Below are positions 1 to 17,949 of a stretch of DNA of 64,000 bases, in pieces. The notes under the pieces were generated by a model. It did no database searches. It was not told the origin of the DNA and saw only the letters and a program-made list of their open reading frames with translations. The translations under genes were made by a program, and so were the position numbers. The number at the start of each line of letters is the position of its first letter. Position 1 is the stretch's first letter. This DNA is from Eledone cirrhosa (taxonomy: Eukaryota), in contig CAXHJY010000640.1 of the NCBI GenBank assembly GCA_964016885.1, positions 121,251-185,250 on the forward strand, written 5' to 3'.

Positions 1-610
1 GTATATACAAAACACCACATTTATATATGTAATATAAAGGATGTCTATATAAAGAAAGAATATACATTAAAAAAATATACAATCTTACTTTACAATTGCA
101 TGAGATCTTTAACCAGCAAAATATCTTCTAAACATTTTCAAATTAGTCTCCGATAAAGTTTTTAAAATGCTAAGCACTGCAATTTTATTTCATAAAAACA
201 TCCTTTTTAGCAACTCCTGCTGTAACCAGTTAACAGTTTTAACATATTTTTAACATACTTGTGGAAAGACACTGATAGTTTTTTTATTTTTTGCATGTCT
301 AAAAATATGCCCAAGTTTATGCTATTACATTTATAAATTCCACCCTTTTGAATGCACATTACTTTGAATCCTGTATTATTGTTGATAATTTATGTTATGA
401 TATTGATCAATTTACTGTTATTTTTAAAATTATTTTTTGAAGAGAGACTGCTTTGAGTAGAGCTCCTATAATGGAGTAATTTTACTGATAATATGTTTTT
501 TTTCTCCACAATTGATGAGATTCTCTAGCCATATTGAAACACCCACAGTAATGTATAAATAAATAATAGTAATCCTTGGTCTTATTGAATTTTGAATTAT
601 ATATATATAT

Positions 611-1360
611 ATAATACAAGGATGATTTGTTAAGCCTTCATGATGTTTATTGATTGGTGACGCGCGTTTCACTATTGATCAGCTCAAGGTTCGATCTGTA
701 TTGATCTGGCCCGACTATGGAATCAAAAACTCATCAGATCTCTGCTGTTGTAATGACAGAATGAACATATAAAGCATAGAAATGACTGTGACGTTTCCTG
801 TTCATATGGGGTCAATTTATGTTGTTTTCATTGGTGGTTTAGCTATGAGGAATGTTTTGGCATGTGTGATAGGTGGGGGAATGAGCATAGTGACGAGGTG
901 GTGGTGGGGAGTGATGGTTGATGTGAGTTGCAGAGTGTGGTGTTTTGGCTTGTCATAGATATTTCGGTATGTATGTGGTGAGGTGGTGTGGATGTGGTAG
1001 GGCTATGCATGATGGGACATGAAAGAGTGCGGTGTTGTACTAAGGGTAGGGGGGTTTCCACTAGTCATCAGTTTGTCACAGAAGAGCGAGTGAAAAGAAA
1101 TGAGGGGAGACGTAAGGGAGGTAGGTTATACTAGGTTGGGGTGGGGATTATTTGTAAGCTTTTTAGACATCGTTAAAGGGGAATTGCATTTCTATGCTTT
1201 ATATGTTCATTCTGTCATTCCAACAGCAGAGGTCCAACGAGCTTTTGATTCCAGAGTCTGGCCAGATCGATACAGATCAAACCTTGAGCTGTTCAAAAGA
1301 GAAACACGCGTCACCGATCAATAAATGTAATGAAGCTTTAACAAATCGTCCTTGTATTAT
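611..1360. mobile_element. Penelope-like element remnant: ~175-bp inverted repeats (611-784 / 1187-1360) around a G-rich spacer
   Basis: 1187-1360 is the diverged reverse complement of 611-784. Each arm holds a hammerhead-like motif. An inverted pLTR arrangement is typical of PLE insertions. Confidence 0.6.
655..741 (-). ncRNA. Type I hammerhead-like ribozyme with long stem II (degenerate twin at 1231-1315, +)
   Basis: Minus strand reads gat-CTGATGA-gtttttga...-GAAA-cgcgcg-TC-acc. The plus copy has ggt/acc stem I and cttttga/tcaaaag stem II, but its core has decayed to CCAACGA. Confidence 0.6.
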
Positions 1361-1571
1361 TATATTTACACTCTGTTTAGCTCTAGACCTCGCTACTGAC
1401 GTGAAACTAAACATCGAGTGCTCACCTGGGTGAATCTACAGTAGCCTCATGTTACACTCCCTGGATATATATATATATATATAAAGAGAGAGAAATTATC
1501 ATCATCAATAACATAATTTTGTTTTGTGTCTGCTTATAAATATATATACATTTGTATATATATATATATAT

Positions 1572-1815
1572 CATTATCATCATCATCATCGATTAACGTC
1601 TATCTTTCATGCTGGCATAGGTTAGATGGGTCTGTGCCATTTAGGGGCAAGTTGGATCAGGTGACTGTGTCTCGCTCATATAGGAGAGTTTCTGGCTGGT
1701 TTTCTACAGCTGAATGCCTTTCCTAACGATAACCACATTGACAGTGTGTGCTGGGTGCTTTTTGCTGTCTTTTACATGTCCACTTTACAGTGTGAGCTGG
1801 ATGTTTTGTGCTACA
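1572..1815 (-). mobile_element. RTE-type 3' UTR/tail fragment
   Basis: (CAT)n tail plus ttctacagctgaatgcctttcctaac...acagtgtgtgctgggtgctt, homologous to the 3' UTR at 46888-47130. Confidence 0.7.
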
Positions 1816-1997
1816 AGTATAATATACATATATATACATATATATATATGCACATATGATAATGATATACACATATATATATATATATATATATATTTGT
1901 GTGCATATATATATACCATATATGTAACAATACATACACATATCATACATATACATACACACTTCATATATAGACACACATAACTATATTATCAACC

Positions 1998-2162
1998 TCA
2001 TTGATTAGCATCCATCATTCATAGGTAGGATGTTTAGCTCACCCAGGGCAGATTTTGGCTAGGTTTCTACAGCTGGATGCCCTTCTTACCACCAACCACA
2101 TTTACAGTGTGTGCTGGGCACTTTTTGTCGTGACACCTACATGACCACTTTATAGTGTGGAC
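1998..2162 (-). mobile_element. Degenerate RTE-type 3' UTR fragment
   Basis: ggtttctacagctggatgcccttcttaccaccaaccacatttacagtgtgtgctggg matches the RTE 3' UTR at 47005-47070. Confidence 0.6.
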
Positions 2163-3204
2163 TATATATATACGTATGTATATACATATTTGCAATGAAA
2201 TCTCTTTTTCATATTTATTTTCATTGATTTAACAGAGTTTTCCTTTTGTTTTATACTCTTCCTTTATTTCTCTAGAAATATATTGGATTAAGTGACCTGC
2301 ATTCCTCTCTATATATTGATTGACATAGTCATTTAGTGTCTGAAAGTAATCATTGAAAGAGTGCTCACTTTATTTGCTTTAAGGTATTATTTTCTCTTTT
2401 CTTTATTGTTAACATGTAATTTATTTTATATTACTATCTGTAAATGAATGCTGTTCAGGAAATAGGAAATTTTAGATTTGATCCCCCACATTTTCATTTC
2501 CAATTGTGTGGATACATGTAAACACATTTGATATAAGACAACTATGAGTTCCCTCACAGTTTGCTATTTAAATTTACAGGTTTGTTGGTAGTTGTTGTTC
2601 ATGGCATGTTCTCTCTTTAAACAATTCTTTGCAGAGTAGATGTGGTTTTTAAGTGTATTTTGTTAAGATCATGGAAGTTTTTTCAGGTAAATTCAATAAT
2701 TTTTACTGAGTAAATATTCACATAGCAAAATATGTCAACATTTATAATTAAATGTAAACTTAAGGTTAACTATGGTTGTGTACTGAGACACAAGTCTTCT
2801 CTAATGCTTCTTTTGATGAATTACAGCAACAAGCATTTTAAAACCATTTCCCACACCACAGCACAGGTTAACTTTGCGAGTTCCATGACAGGCCTCATAT
2901 AAATTGTGGGTGCTTTCTGAAACAATATTTTATAATTGGATGCCCTTCCTGGCACCAGCACCTTTAATTGCTTCTTATGACATACAGAGATACAATGTAA
3001 CAATTCTAAATTGAGTAGAATATATTTTTGTGGCCGAATGGTCATGCAATATTATTAGGTTGATGTATATATAATATTGCATTCTTGCTCATCAAAAATG
3101 ACAGTAATTCTTTCACATAGTTATAACTCCTTTCTCTCTTCCTTTATTGTTCCAAGCAGACATGAGTAAGTGTCTGTGAGAGATAATTTATTATTATTAT
3201 AGAA

Positions 3205-3454
3205 AGAGTAGATTGGCAGAATCATTAGGACATCAGACAGAATGCTTTGTGGCATCTGGTTATAGTTCTGTGTTTAAATCCTGCTGAGATCTACTTTCAC
3301 TTTCTCATCCCCTCAAATTGCTGGCCTTGTGCCTAAATTAGAAATCATTCCGAGGTTGACTTTGCCTTTCATCCTTACGGGGTCGATAAAATAAAGTACC
3401 AGTAATGCACTGGGTAATTGCTGGCCTTGTGCCTAAAGTAGAAACAATTATTAT
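3205..3454 (+). mobile_element. Two tandem tRNA-derived SINE copies (old 3205-3349; young, 5'-truncated 3350-3454)
   Basis: A-box-like tggcagaatcattag. 3350-3450 matches the reverse complement of the SINE at 11133-11229, including core gcctttcatccttacggggtcgataaaataaagtaccag. Confidence 0.75.
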
Positions 3455-4218
3455 AGCTAGTTTTCCGTAAGTAGTTATGGTGTCACCTCATATTTTTATT
3501 TGAACCTGTGTGTATATGTGTATTGCTAGATGTTTTTTAATTGCTTATGGTCTACTGAGATTTTTGTCTTTTTATATCATCATTTTTATGCCTGCTTTCC
3601 CATCCTGGCATGGGTTGGATGGAACCTTTTAAGGCAATGCATTATGTTTAGATGCCCTTCCTGATGCCAAATCTTTTAATTGCTTGTTACATCATGAATG
3701 GATATGGTAACTAAAAGAGTTATAATTATGTGAAACAATCAGTCATTTTTGATGAGCAAGAATGCCATATTATATACACATCACTCTAATAATATTGTAT
3801 GACCATTCAGCCACAAAAGACATTCTACCTAGTTTTGAGTTGGTATCTCTGCCGTACGAAGCAACTAAAGAGTTTGTTGAGAAATATCTCACACTGTAGA
3901 GTTCAAGCTCAGTGAGAGTAGCTCCACATTAGCATTGATGTAGCTTGTATACATGGACAGGGTAACCTTAGTGCATGTACGCTCCTCATTGAGAAGAATG
4001 CTGGTCAACAAAGGAGGTACCATTGCAACAAAAAATATCAAACCAAATGAATAAAAAAGATTTTTTCGAAAAAGGCTGAACTACTGTAAGTTTTTATCTA
4101 AGATATCAAAATATATCAATCATAAAGTGCATATTGTAACAGCAGATTTTTTACCTGTTCTGAATTTTAGATACATAATGAACATTTCTATATATGTATG
4201 TCTGTCTGTATGTATGTC

Positions 4219-4650
4219 AGGTCACTCTTCAGTGCTACTGGTAACTTGTAACCCAGTACAACCTGTGCATGGTCGGGTCGTCGGTGATAAAACTGGCAAC
4301 CCCACCAAGCTTGCTTGGTGAAGAAGGTGATGTTGGACACACTGCAGGATGAAAAACAAATTCTGTCAAAGGGCAGAGGAACTCAGGAGAGTCAATGGCC
4401 ATCCAATAAAGTTTTTTTTCTTTTTTTTTTTCTTGTGGAGTGAGAGACCCCTAATCTTCATTACGACAGCTCTCTAGGAGAAGGTCACTGATATAAAACT
4501 TGTGATTTCATTTGCATCCAATGATGTAGATCAGTTCTTTTTTTTTTGGTAAATGCATTCGATGTTCAGAGACTGGGATTGGCCCCATGCAAAGTCTTTC
4601 CTCACTTAATGAAGCTTCAAGCACAGGCATCGCTTGATATGTGACATTTT
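4219..4650 (+). mobile_element. Structured interspersed repeat, probably RTE 5' UTR-derived (second copy 8052-8240)
   Basis: The two copies share ggtcactctt...ggccatccaa with serial hairpins. Downstream ctctctaggagaagg...ctgatataaaac resembles RTE 5' UTR motifs. Confidence 0.5.
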
Positions 4651-4879
4651 TTGTGATACATGGTATTGCTGGCTATAGGCAAGTCCCTAGCAGGACTAAA
4701 AAACCACATCCATGTTGCTCATGCTTAAGTATCAGGTGATGGCATTATTCGAAATTGAGTTGCAACCATCATGTATGTATGTCTGTCTGTGTGTGTGTGT
4801 ATATATATATATATATTCATTTTATTAAGGCTAAATAGTAAGTCTTGTTACTGTGGAGTTTCGCTCATTTATCATAGGG

Positions 4880-5812
4880 TCATCAGATGACCTAGCTAAA
4901 AGTAAACCCCTATATTTAGCATTTGTGGACCTGGAGAAAGCTTTTCACAGAGTCCTTTGTTCTATGATCTGGTGGGCTTTTAAAAAACTTGAAGTAGATG
5001 AGTAGCTTGTGGGGGCAGTACAAGCCATGTATAGAGGAACAGTCAGCAAGGTTAGAATTAACAATGACTATAGTGAAGAATTTAGTGTTTAAGTAGGAAT
5101 TCATCAAGGCTCTGTTTTTAGCCCTCTCTTGTTTATTATCATCCTGCAGGCTATAACGAAAGAGTTTAAGACTGGCTGCCCATGGGAGCTTGTATGCCGA
5201 TGATCTAACCCTTATAGCTCAATCTATGGCAGAACTAGAGAAGAAATTTGAAACCTGGAAGCAAGGCCTAGAATCTAAAGGTCTTAAGGTCAACCTGGCA
5301 AAAACCAAAGTCCTAGTATGTAGGGAAATAGCCTTGCTCAGTGTGCAGGAAAGGAGTAAGTAGATACTCCATCCTATGCCACAAATGCAAACTATGGGTA
5401 CATGAGATGTAGTGGGATTTCAGGTAGGCTAGCAAAGAACACAGTTATTGTATGTGGTCATTACACAAGAGCAGTTAATAGCAACAGCCCACAGGATACA
5501 AAATCCTTTAAATACCTAGAAGACTTGGTTGAAGTAGTTGATAGTTTCTGTTACCTGGGTGACCTAATTAGCAATGGGGGTGGATGTTCCAAAAACACTG
5601 GAGCTTGAGTGAGAATGGGATGGAGAAAGTTCAGAGATATACTATTGCTGCTAGCCACAAAAAGTCTTTCTTTCCCTCAAAATGAAGGGCAGATTGTATG
5701 ATGTGTGCATACAAACTGCAATGTTGCATGGCAGTGAGATATGGGTGCTGTGTGCAGAGGATGTATAAAGACTGGAAAGAAATGAAGTTTCCATGCTTTG
5801 ATGGATGTGCAA
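4880..5812 (+). mobile_element. Degenerate RTE LINE fragment (RT, Cys-rich insert, C-terminus)
   Basis: Broken frames give LAKSKPLYLAFVDLEKAF, HQGSVFSPLLFII, ADDL and EVVDSFCYLGD, homologous to the ORF at 47180-49978. Confidence 0.85.
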
Positions 5813-6911
5813 TAGTTATAATTGAACAGAAAAGAGCAGTATGGTACACCGAGGCCAAGGAAGGTTTGGTCAGGGTGGAGGGGAGGGGGAGGTGTTGGCA
5901 CATGCAGAATGTGAGTTGAGAGGGGGAAGTGGTGATGGGGTATGTCTGTGTTTAGTAGTAAATGCTGTGTTGTTAAAAGGTACGTTTGTGAGGTGGGGAA
6001 GGCTTAGGGGTCAGTTTGTAGGTTAGTGAGATAGACAGGGTTAACAGGGTTAAAGGGAGGAACAGTGAACGTTAGTGTGTGAAAATATTCTCATGTTTCT
6101 ATGTATGTGAGTGTGTACGTTTGTGTGTAGTGGTGGTGGTCTCGGGGGGTTGTAAGTGTTGGTGGTGTTGGGTAGGAGTGTGTGGAGGGTGGAGTGGAGA
6201 ATTAGAAGGTGATTTTTAGTAGTGTTATTAGTGGGTGGTGGTGGTCCGTTAGTAGATTAGGGTGTGTTGGGGTGGGGTAAAGGAGGGAGTGTGTGGTAAG
6301 GTTGTGATAGGAGTAAGTGTGTGGGTGTGTGGTGGAGGGAGTGGAGTTTGTGGGGAGCTTAAGGAAGATGATTGGGGAGCTCAAACTGGTACTGGTTCAG
6401 GTCTGGAAAAGGAAAATTGTGCACACATGTACACTCAGTCTTTAAATAATTCTAGTGGTTCCTATACATTAGTTTCTTGTTTTTAATTTAAAAAAATAAA
6501 AAAAATAATAATAAATACAATTTACCTTATAACTGAGCTTCTAAATAAGTTTTTTTTTGTCATGACAACTGTCTGCTTACAGCGTATATATATTAATTTC
6601 TTTATTAATGGTGTCTTCACGCTTCAGATTTATCCTACATTATGAAAATCTCATTAAAAGAATGTGCTGATTATTTTGACTAAAGGCATAAGTAGCTACC
6701 TCTGACATTTATCACTGATAGCAGCCATGCTGGATGTCTTCAACTTTCTACCTAATTGTGGGATTTTTATTTTTTTTTATTTTCTTGGTCTTTTTTCTCT
6801 TCTTCATCTTCTCAATCTCTTTCCCTCTCGCTCACCCACCCTCACTGTATCCTCTCTCTCACTTTTTTTTATTTTTTTCTCTCTCTGTCATTCACTTTCT
6901 TGTCCACATGT

Positions 6912-6913
<2 letters not shown>

Positions 6914-6964
<51 letters not shown>
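6914..6964. repeat. (CT)n microsatellite (shorter tract at ~7053-7078)
   Basis: Seen directly in the sequence. Confidence 0.95.
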
Positions 6965-6967
<3 letters not shown>

Positions 6968-7864
6968 CTCTATCTATCGCTCTTTTGCCCACTGGTGCTC
7001 TCTCTGCCAGTCACTTTCTTTCCCGTTGGAGCTTTCATTCTCCCCTCTTCCCCTCTCTCTCTCTCTCTCTCTCTCTCTGCCATTTACTCTCTTGCCCACT
7101 GGTGTTCTCTCTCTCCCTTTTTCCTTGTATTAGATTCTATTTTTTTTTCTTCATTCTTATAAACTGAACATTTTTAGTATAATCTGTGTAGAATGTATTC
7201 ATTGAACATTAACTCTTTCCTACTGTTGCTTGTGTTACTAGCAAAAACTGTTTATATATCTTTGTTGAGATATTGAACTAAACAATTTCTGTTGTTATGG
7301 TGATGATGCTGATGATGGTTGTAGAATATGGTGACTAGAGGCAGTCAAATGAAAATTTAGAAATACAAAACTTCAAAGGAATTTTCTCCATTTATGAGAA
7401 TGGAGATTACATCATTGCATCCATCTTTGCCTGAAACAAAGTGTGATAAAATGGTAATGTGATAATTTTGCCTGCAACAAAATGATAATGTGATTAGTGT
7501 GAATTTTGAGAAATAAAATGAATGGGAAGACTGTTTAATAGTCAAAAGAGTGATGGTGATTGTTTGAGCCCCCCTCCCTCTCTCTGTATATATATATATA
7601 TAATGTACCATCTCTCATCTGTATACTTTAGTGTAAATAAATATATTAAATTATATAGAAACAAGACAGCCTAGCTGATATTTCTAATTTACCAAACTTT
7701 TTAAAAAGAGCTGTATTAACTGTAGGCCATTTCTGCTGAAGATTTTAATCATTTCTAGTTAAATTCTCTGCAAGGAACAAAAGCTCAAGATGGAAATATT
7801 TGGTAAATCAGCTATATCTTAACATTTTTTGTCTAGAAAGTTGTTATTAGTGCATGAAGGGCTG

Positions 7865-7995
7865 TATGACTTGCAGCCATGTGGTTTCAAGTTCAGTCCC
7901 ATTGAATAGCATCGTGGACAAGAATCTTTGACTATACCCTTGGATTCACTTGTGAGTGAAATTTGGTAGATAGAAACTGTGTGGAAGATTATGTA
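7865..7995 (+). mobile_element. Degenerate tRNA-derived SINE fragment
   Basis: B-box-like aagttcagtccc followed by cttgtgagtgaaatttggtagatagaaactg and a (TG/TA)n tail. Resembles an abundant octopus SINE (recalled, not searched). Confidence 0.45.
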
Positions 7996-8051
7996 TGTGT
8001 ATGCGTTTGTGTGTGTGTATATATATGTGTGTGTATATATATATATATGTT

Positions 8052-8240
8052 GGGTCACTCTTAAGTGCTACTGGTAACATGTAACCCAGTACAACCTGTC
8101 GAATGGTTGGGTCGTCGGCGACTAAACCAGCAACCCCACCAAGTTTGCTTGGTGAGGAGGGTGATTTTGGACACCCTGCAGGACAAAAAACAAAACCTGG
8201 CAAAGGGCAGAAGAACTCATAAGAGTTAACGGCCATCCAA
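8052..8240 (+). repeat. Second copy of the structured repeat at 4219-4405
   Basis: Direct alignment by eye. Confidence 0.7.
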
Positions 8241-8398
8241 AAGTGTGTAAATATGTATATACATATGTACATATGTATGTATATGTGTATATATGTGGGT
8301 GTATGTGTATGTACGGGGATATAGAAATAGTCAGGCTGGACACCCGATTGCGCGGTTAAACCACTGGGAGTGACGGACCCTAGCCTTTCTCAGGGTAT

Positions 8399-8444
8399 TA
8401 TATATATATGTATATATACATATGTATATATGTATATATATATG

Positions 8445-8496
<52 letters not shown>

Positions 8497-8638
8497 TGTG
8501 TATATATATGTATACATATATATGTATATATATATATATATATGTATGTATATATATATATATATGTATGTATATATATATATATATGTATACATATATA
8601 TGTATATATATATGTATATATATATATATGTATACATA

Positions 8639-8683
<45 letters not shown>

Positions 8684-9174
8684 GTATACATATATATGTA
8701 TATATATATGTATACATATATATGTATATATATATGTATGCATATATATGTAAATATATGTATGCATATATATATGTAAATATATGTATACATATATATG
8801 TATATATATATGTCTACATATATGTGTATATATATATGTCTACATATATGTGTATATATATATGTCTACATATATGTGTATATATATATATGCATACATA
8901 TATATGTATACATATATATATACACATACATGTATACATATATATATACACATACATGTATACATATATATACACATATATATACATATATATATACATA
9001 TATATATACATATATATATACACATATATATACATATATATATACATATATGTGTATATATATATGTATACATATATGTGTATATATATATGTATACATA
9101 TAAATGTATATATATATGTATATATATATATGTATACATATATATGTATACATATATATGTATACATATATATG

Positions 9175-9205
<31 letters not shown>

Positions 9206-9214
9206 GTATACATA

Positions 9215-9248
<34 letters not shown>

Positions 9249-9600
9249 CATATACATATATATGTATACATATATATGTATACATATATATATGTATACA
9301 TATATATGTATACATATATATATATATATATATATGTATACATATATATATATATATATGTATACATATATATATATATATATATATATATGTATACATA
9401 TATATGTATATATATATGTATACATATATATGTATATATATATGTATACATATATATGTATATATATATGTATACATATATATGTATATATATATGTATA
9501 CATATATATGTATATATATATGTATACATATATATGTATATATATATGTATACATATATATGTATACATATATGTATACATATATATGTATATATATATA
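8399..9600. repeat. Impure (TA)n microsatellite (GTATAC variants)
   Basis: Seen directly in the sequence. Confidence 0.95.
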
Positions 9601-10484
9601 TCTATCTAAGCCGGGTAAAATTCCCGAGATCCATGAACGAGTTCTCTCCAGCGGTCTCTGTCCCTCATTATCGCTGCCATGTCCTGCGTCTCCAACAGAC
9701 CAGTGTCTGTCCTTAGGGCATCAACATACATTAACCTTGGTCTTCCACTTCTAGTGTGTCCATGTAGGGGCTCCCAAAGGAGCACTGAGTGCAATGTCAA
9801 CTCTGGATGTCGGTGAGCATGTCCAGCTAACCTCAGTCTCCTCTGTGTCACTTTTGGGCTGACTTTTGGGATGCTCCCATACAGCTCTGAGTTTTTCATC
9901 CTCAGTGTATACTGATTAATGTTCAGAGCTATCCTCAGCATTCTCGTGTAGCACCCATCCACCATCTGAGTGAGTTTCTTGGTCAGTGTCCAAGTCTCAG
10001 ACCCATACAGCAGCACAGACTCCACTACAGCAATGAAGAGGCGGATTTTCAAGGTCCGACTTCCACACCGATCTCAAGCTGTGGCACGCCGCCCAGGCCT
10101 TGCTCTTCCTCTCAACCACATCATCTTCCGTATTCCCAATCTTTGCTCCCAAATACAGGAAGCCCTCAACCAATTCTAGCGGCTTCCCGCCTACATTAGT
10201 GATCCCCTCTGGCTTCTCAACATTCTCTACCAGATATTTTGTTTTAGTCTCATTCATTCTCAGCCCCACACTCATCGACACAGTCTCAACCTCCCGCATC
10301 AAATCCTCTGCCTCCTTCACTGTATTTGTCACCAAAACTATGTCGTCGGCAAATTCAGCATCCGATACCCTTTTCCCCCTAACTCTCCTGCTCTGAGCCG
10401 GTGCTACAGTAAAGCCAGAGTTCTGGTCTTTCTCCAGTGCAAGGCGCATACAATAGTCCACTACGATGATAAAAAGGTAGGGAG
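9601..10484 (-). mobile_element. RTE LINE 3' part (RT C-half to 3' end, (TAGA)n tail)
   Basis: PYLFIIVVDY...DAEFADDIVL...FLYLG and ESVLLYGSETW...RRLRLAGH...GRPRL motifs, with one frameshift near 10060. Confidence 0.9.
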
Positions 10485-11132
10485 TCTGGGTATGACATTA
10501 AACTACATCCAATGGCAAGGCTCCAGTTCGGGAGTTCAGGAGTTGTGGGGAATGTGGAGTTATCCCTCAGTTGTCATGACTCCCAGGTTTGCCCTGGCCC
10601 GGGGTGGTAGTACCTGTTAGGGCTCCATTTATGGGTTAAATAACTAACTTATTCGAGTGGCACCGGTAAGGTATTGTCAGCCATTGAAAAGAAATATGGA
10701 GAGTCGATCTAACAGCACGAGGGTTAGAGCCCCTAATTACACTGTCAAGGAGCAGCCTGGTCGTTATGACTCTGCTGGCTTAGAGCCACAGAGAGGGCCA
10801 GTGGATGATGGATCAGCTGTCTCTGAGACAAATATAAAGAATGCAGTTTTGTCCTGCAGAAGAGCCATCAAAATGGGCACTTTGAATGTGAGGACTATTC
10901 AGACACTGGAGAAGAGAGCGGAGTTGGGACATCTGTTCGGGGAGAGGAGTATACAGATACTTGCGATCCAAGAACACAGGATCCTACACGATGAGCCCGT
11001 GAGGAGTGTGATGATCGGGAGGAAGAGCCAGCTCATCACTACATCGGCAGTGAAGAACACAACAAATGCTGCAGTGGGAGGAGTGGGTTTTATGTTCAGT
11101 GCAAAAACCAATCTGTTGGTGAGGGAAATAAT
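10485..11132 (+). mobile_element. RTE LINE 5' part (5' UTR and start of AP endonuclease), inverted relative to 9601-10484
   Basis: ORF has GTLNVRT...ILAIQEHR...GGVGFM, the APE motifs, preceded by a ~170-bp 5' UTR. Confidence 0.85.
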
Positions 11133-11314
11133 TGTTTCTACTTTAGGCACAAGGCCAGCAATTACCCAGTGCATTACTGGTACTTTATTTTATCGACCCC
11201 GTAAGGATGAAAGGCAAAGTCAACCTCGGCGGGATTTGAACTCAGATCGTAAAGGGACGTAACTATGCTGGAAAGCATGGCGTCCGACTCTCTACCGATA
11301 CTGCCAATCCACCG
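11133..11314 (-). mobile_element. Full-length tRNA-derived SINE with 16-bp TSD
   Basis: A box tggcagtatcggtaga and B box gagttcaaatccc. TSD tggtgagggaaataat at 11117-11132 and 11315-11330. Central cctttcatcc...ggtcgataaa resembles the Meta/MESC-type SINE core. Confidence 0.9.
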
Positions 11315-11330
11315 TGGTGAGGGAAATAAT

Positions 11331-17141
<5,811 letters not shown>

Positions 17142-17145
<4 letters not shown>

Positions 17146-17740
17146 TATTTATTAAAATAACAGATTAAAGTTTAAGCAAAGAATCGCTGCTTTCACTCTT
17201 AACGGGATCTTCTGAAACAAACAAAGTCAATCTGTAAACGCAGAAGTGGATATTTCAAAAAACGTTGCAACCGGAGGAAGACAGGAAGACGATACTTTGG
17301 TTCGTGGTAACGTTCGCTGGCAAAGAACGGGAAAAAACGAATAATACGTCATTAATAGGAGCGGTGCGTAAAGACACAACCACGTTTATGGTATAAAAGA
17401 GGTCGTAGACTAATGTTCTCTTAGGTGGTGCATAGAGACGTTCTCTGGCAATGAACGAAAAAACGAAGATAATAAGTCAAATGTGGAGCGTGGAGAACAA
17501 TAGCACGCAAAGACAAAATCACGTAAATGGTAAGTAGAAGTCGTAGACTAAAATTCTAACTAGGAGACCAAATGAATCTCCGCTACAGAGTTAAGAACAA
17601 AGTAAATAAATACAATACAGAAGTAATAGAAACAAATAAATACATACACGCAAACAGATACGTACATACACAAGCATACGCAAAACCTTACCATAGGTAT
17701 ACAAAACCACGCACATATAAATATGTGTGTGTGTGTATGC
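17142..17740 (-). mobile_element. Probable PLE pLTR/3' UTR fragment with ~128-bp internal tandem duplication and hammerhead-like motif (17170-17218)
   Basis: Repeats cgttcgctggcaa...gtcgtagacta at ~17311-17412 and ~17439-17551. Minus strand gttt-CAGAAGA-...-GAAA-gca...tgc-TT-aaac. Confidence 0.45.
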
Positions 17741-17911
17741 TTATGTACATATATATGTACATATATATATATATTAGAAAGTGAGGTTTTTTTTACAAAA
17801 TGAAAAATAACCGAGGTGTCCTACACGAGTGAAAGTATAAAGAAAAAGAGATGAAATCGAAAATGCAACTGGAGTCTTATTTAAAAAAAAAATATATATA
17901 TTTATTTGGTT

Positions 17912-17949
17912 CCTTTACCGGTTTCGCAGTTCTTCTGCTTTTCAAAAGG
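17912..17949 (-). ncRNA. Minimal hammerhead ribozyme, U3-A8 core variant
   Basis: cctt-UUGAAAA-gcag(aagaa)ctgc-GAAA-ccgg-UA-aagg. Confidence 0.75.

Noticed and set aside
6727-7167. Leu/Ser/Phe-rich 125-146-aa ORFs
   Set aside because: Translations of a CT/T-rich low-complexity tract.
1-7850. Host exons (GT/AG-like sites near 85, 2698, 4086; short ORFs)
   Set aside because: No open, recognisable coding frame between plausible splice sites.
8320-8398. GC-richer island before a TA array as a ribozyme
   Set aside because: No complete hammerhead, HDV or twister consensus could be fitted; origin unknown.
10485-10660. HDV-like ribozyme in the RTE 5' UTR
   Set aside because: Hairpins are present, but the nested P1/P1.1/P2/P3 order could not be assigned by eye.
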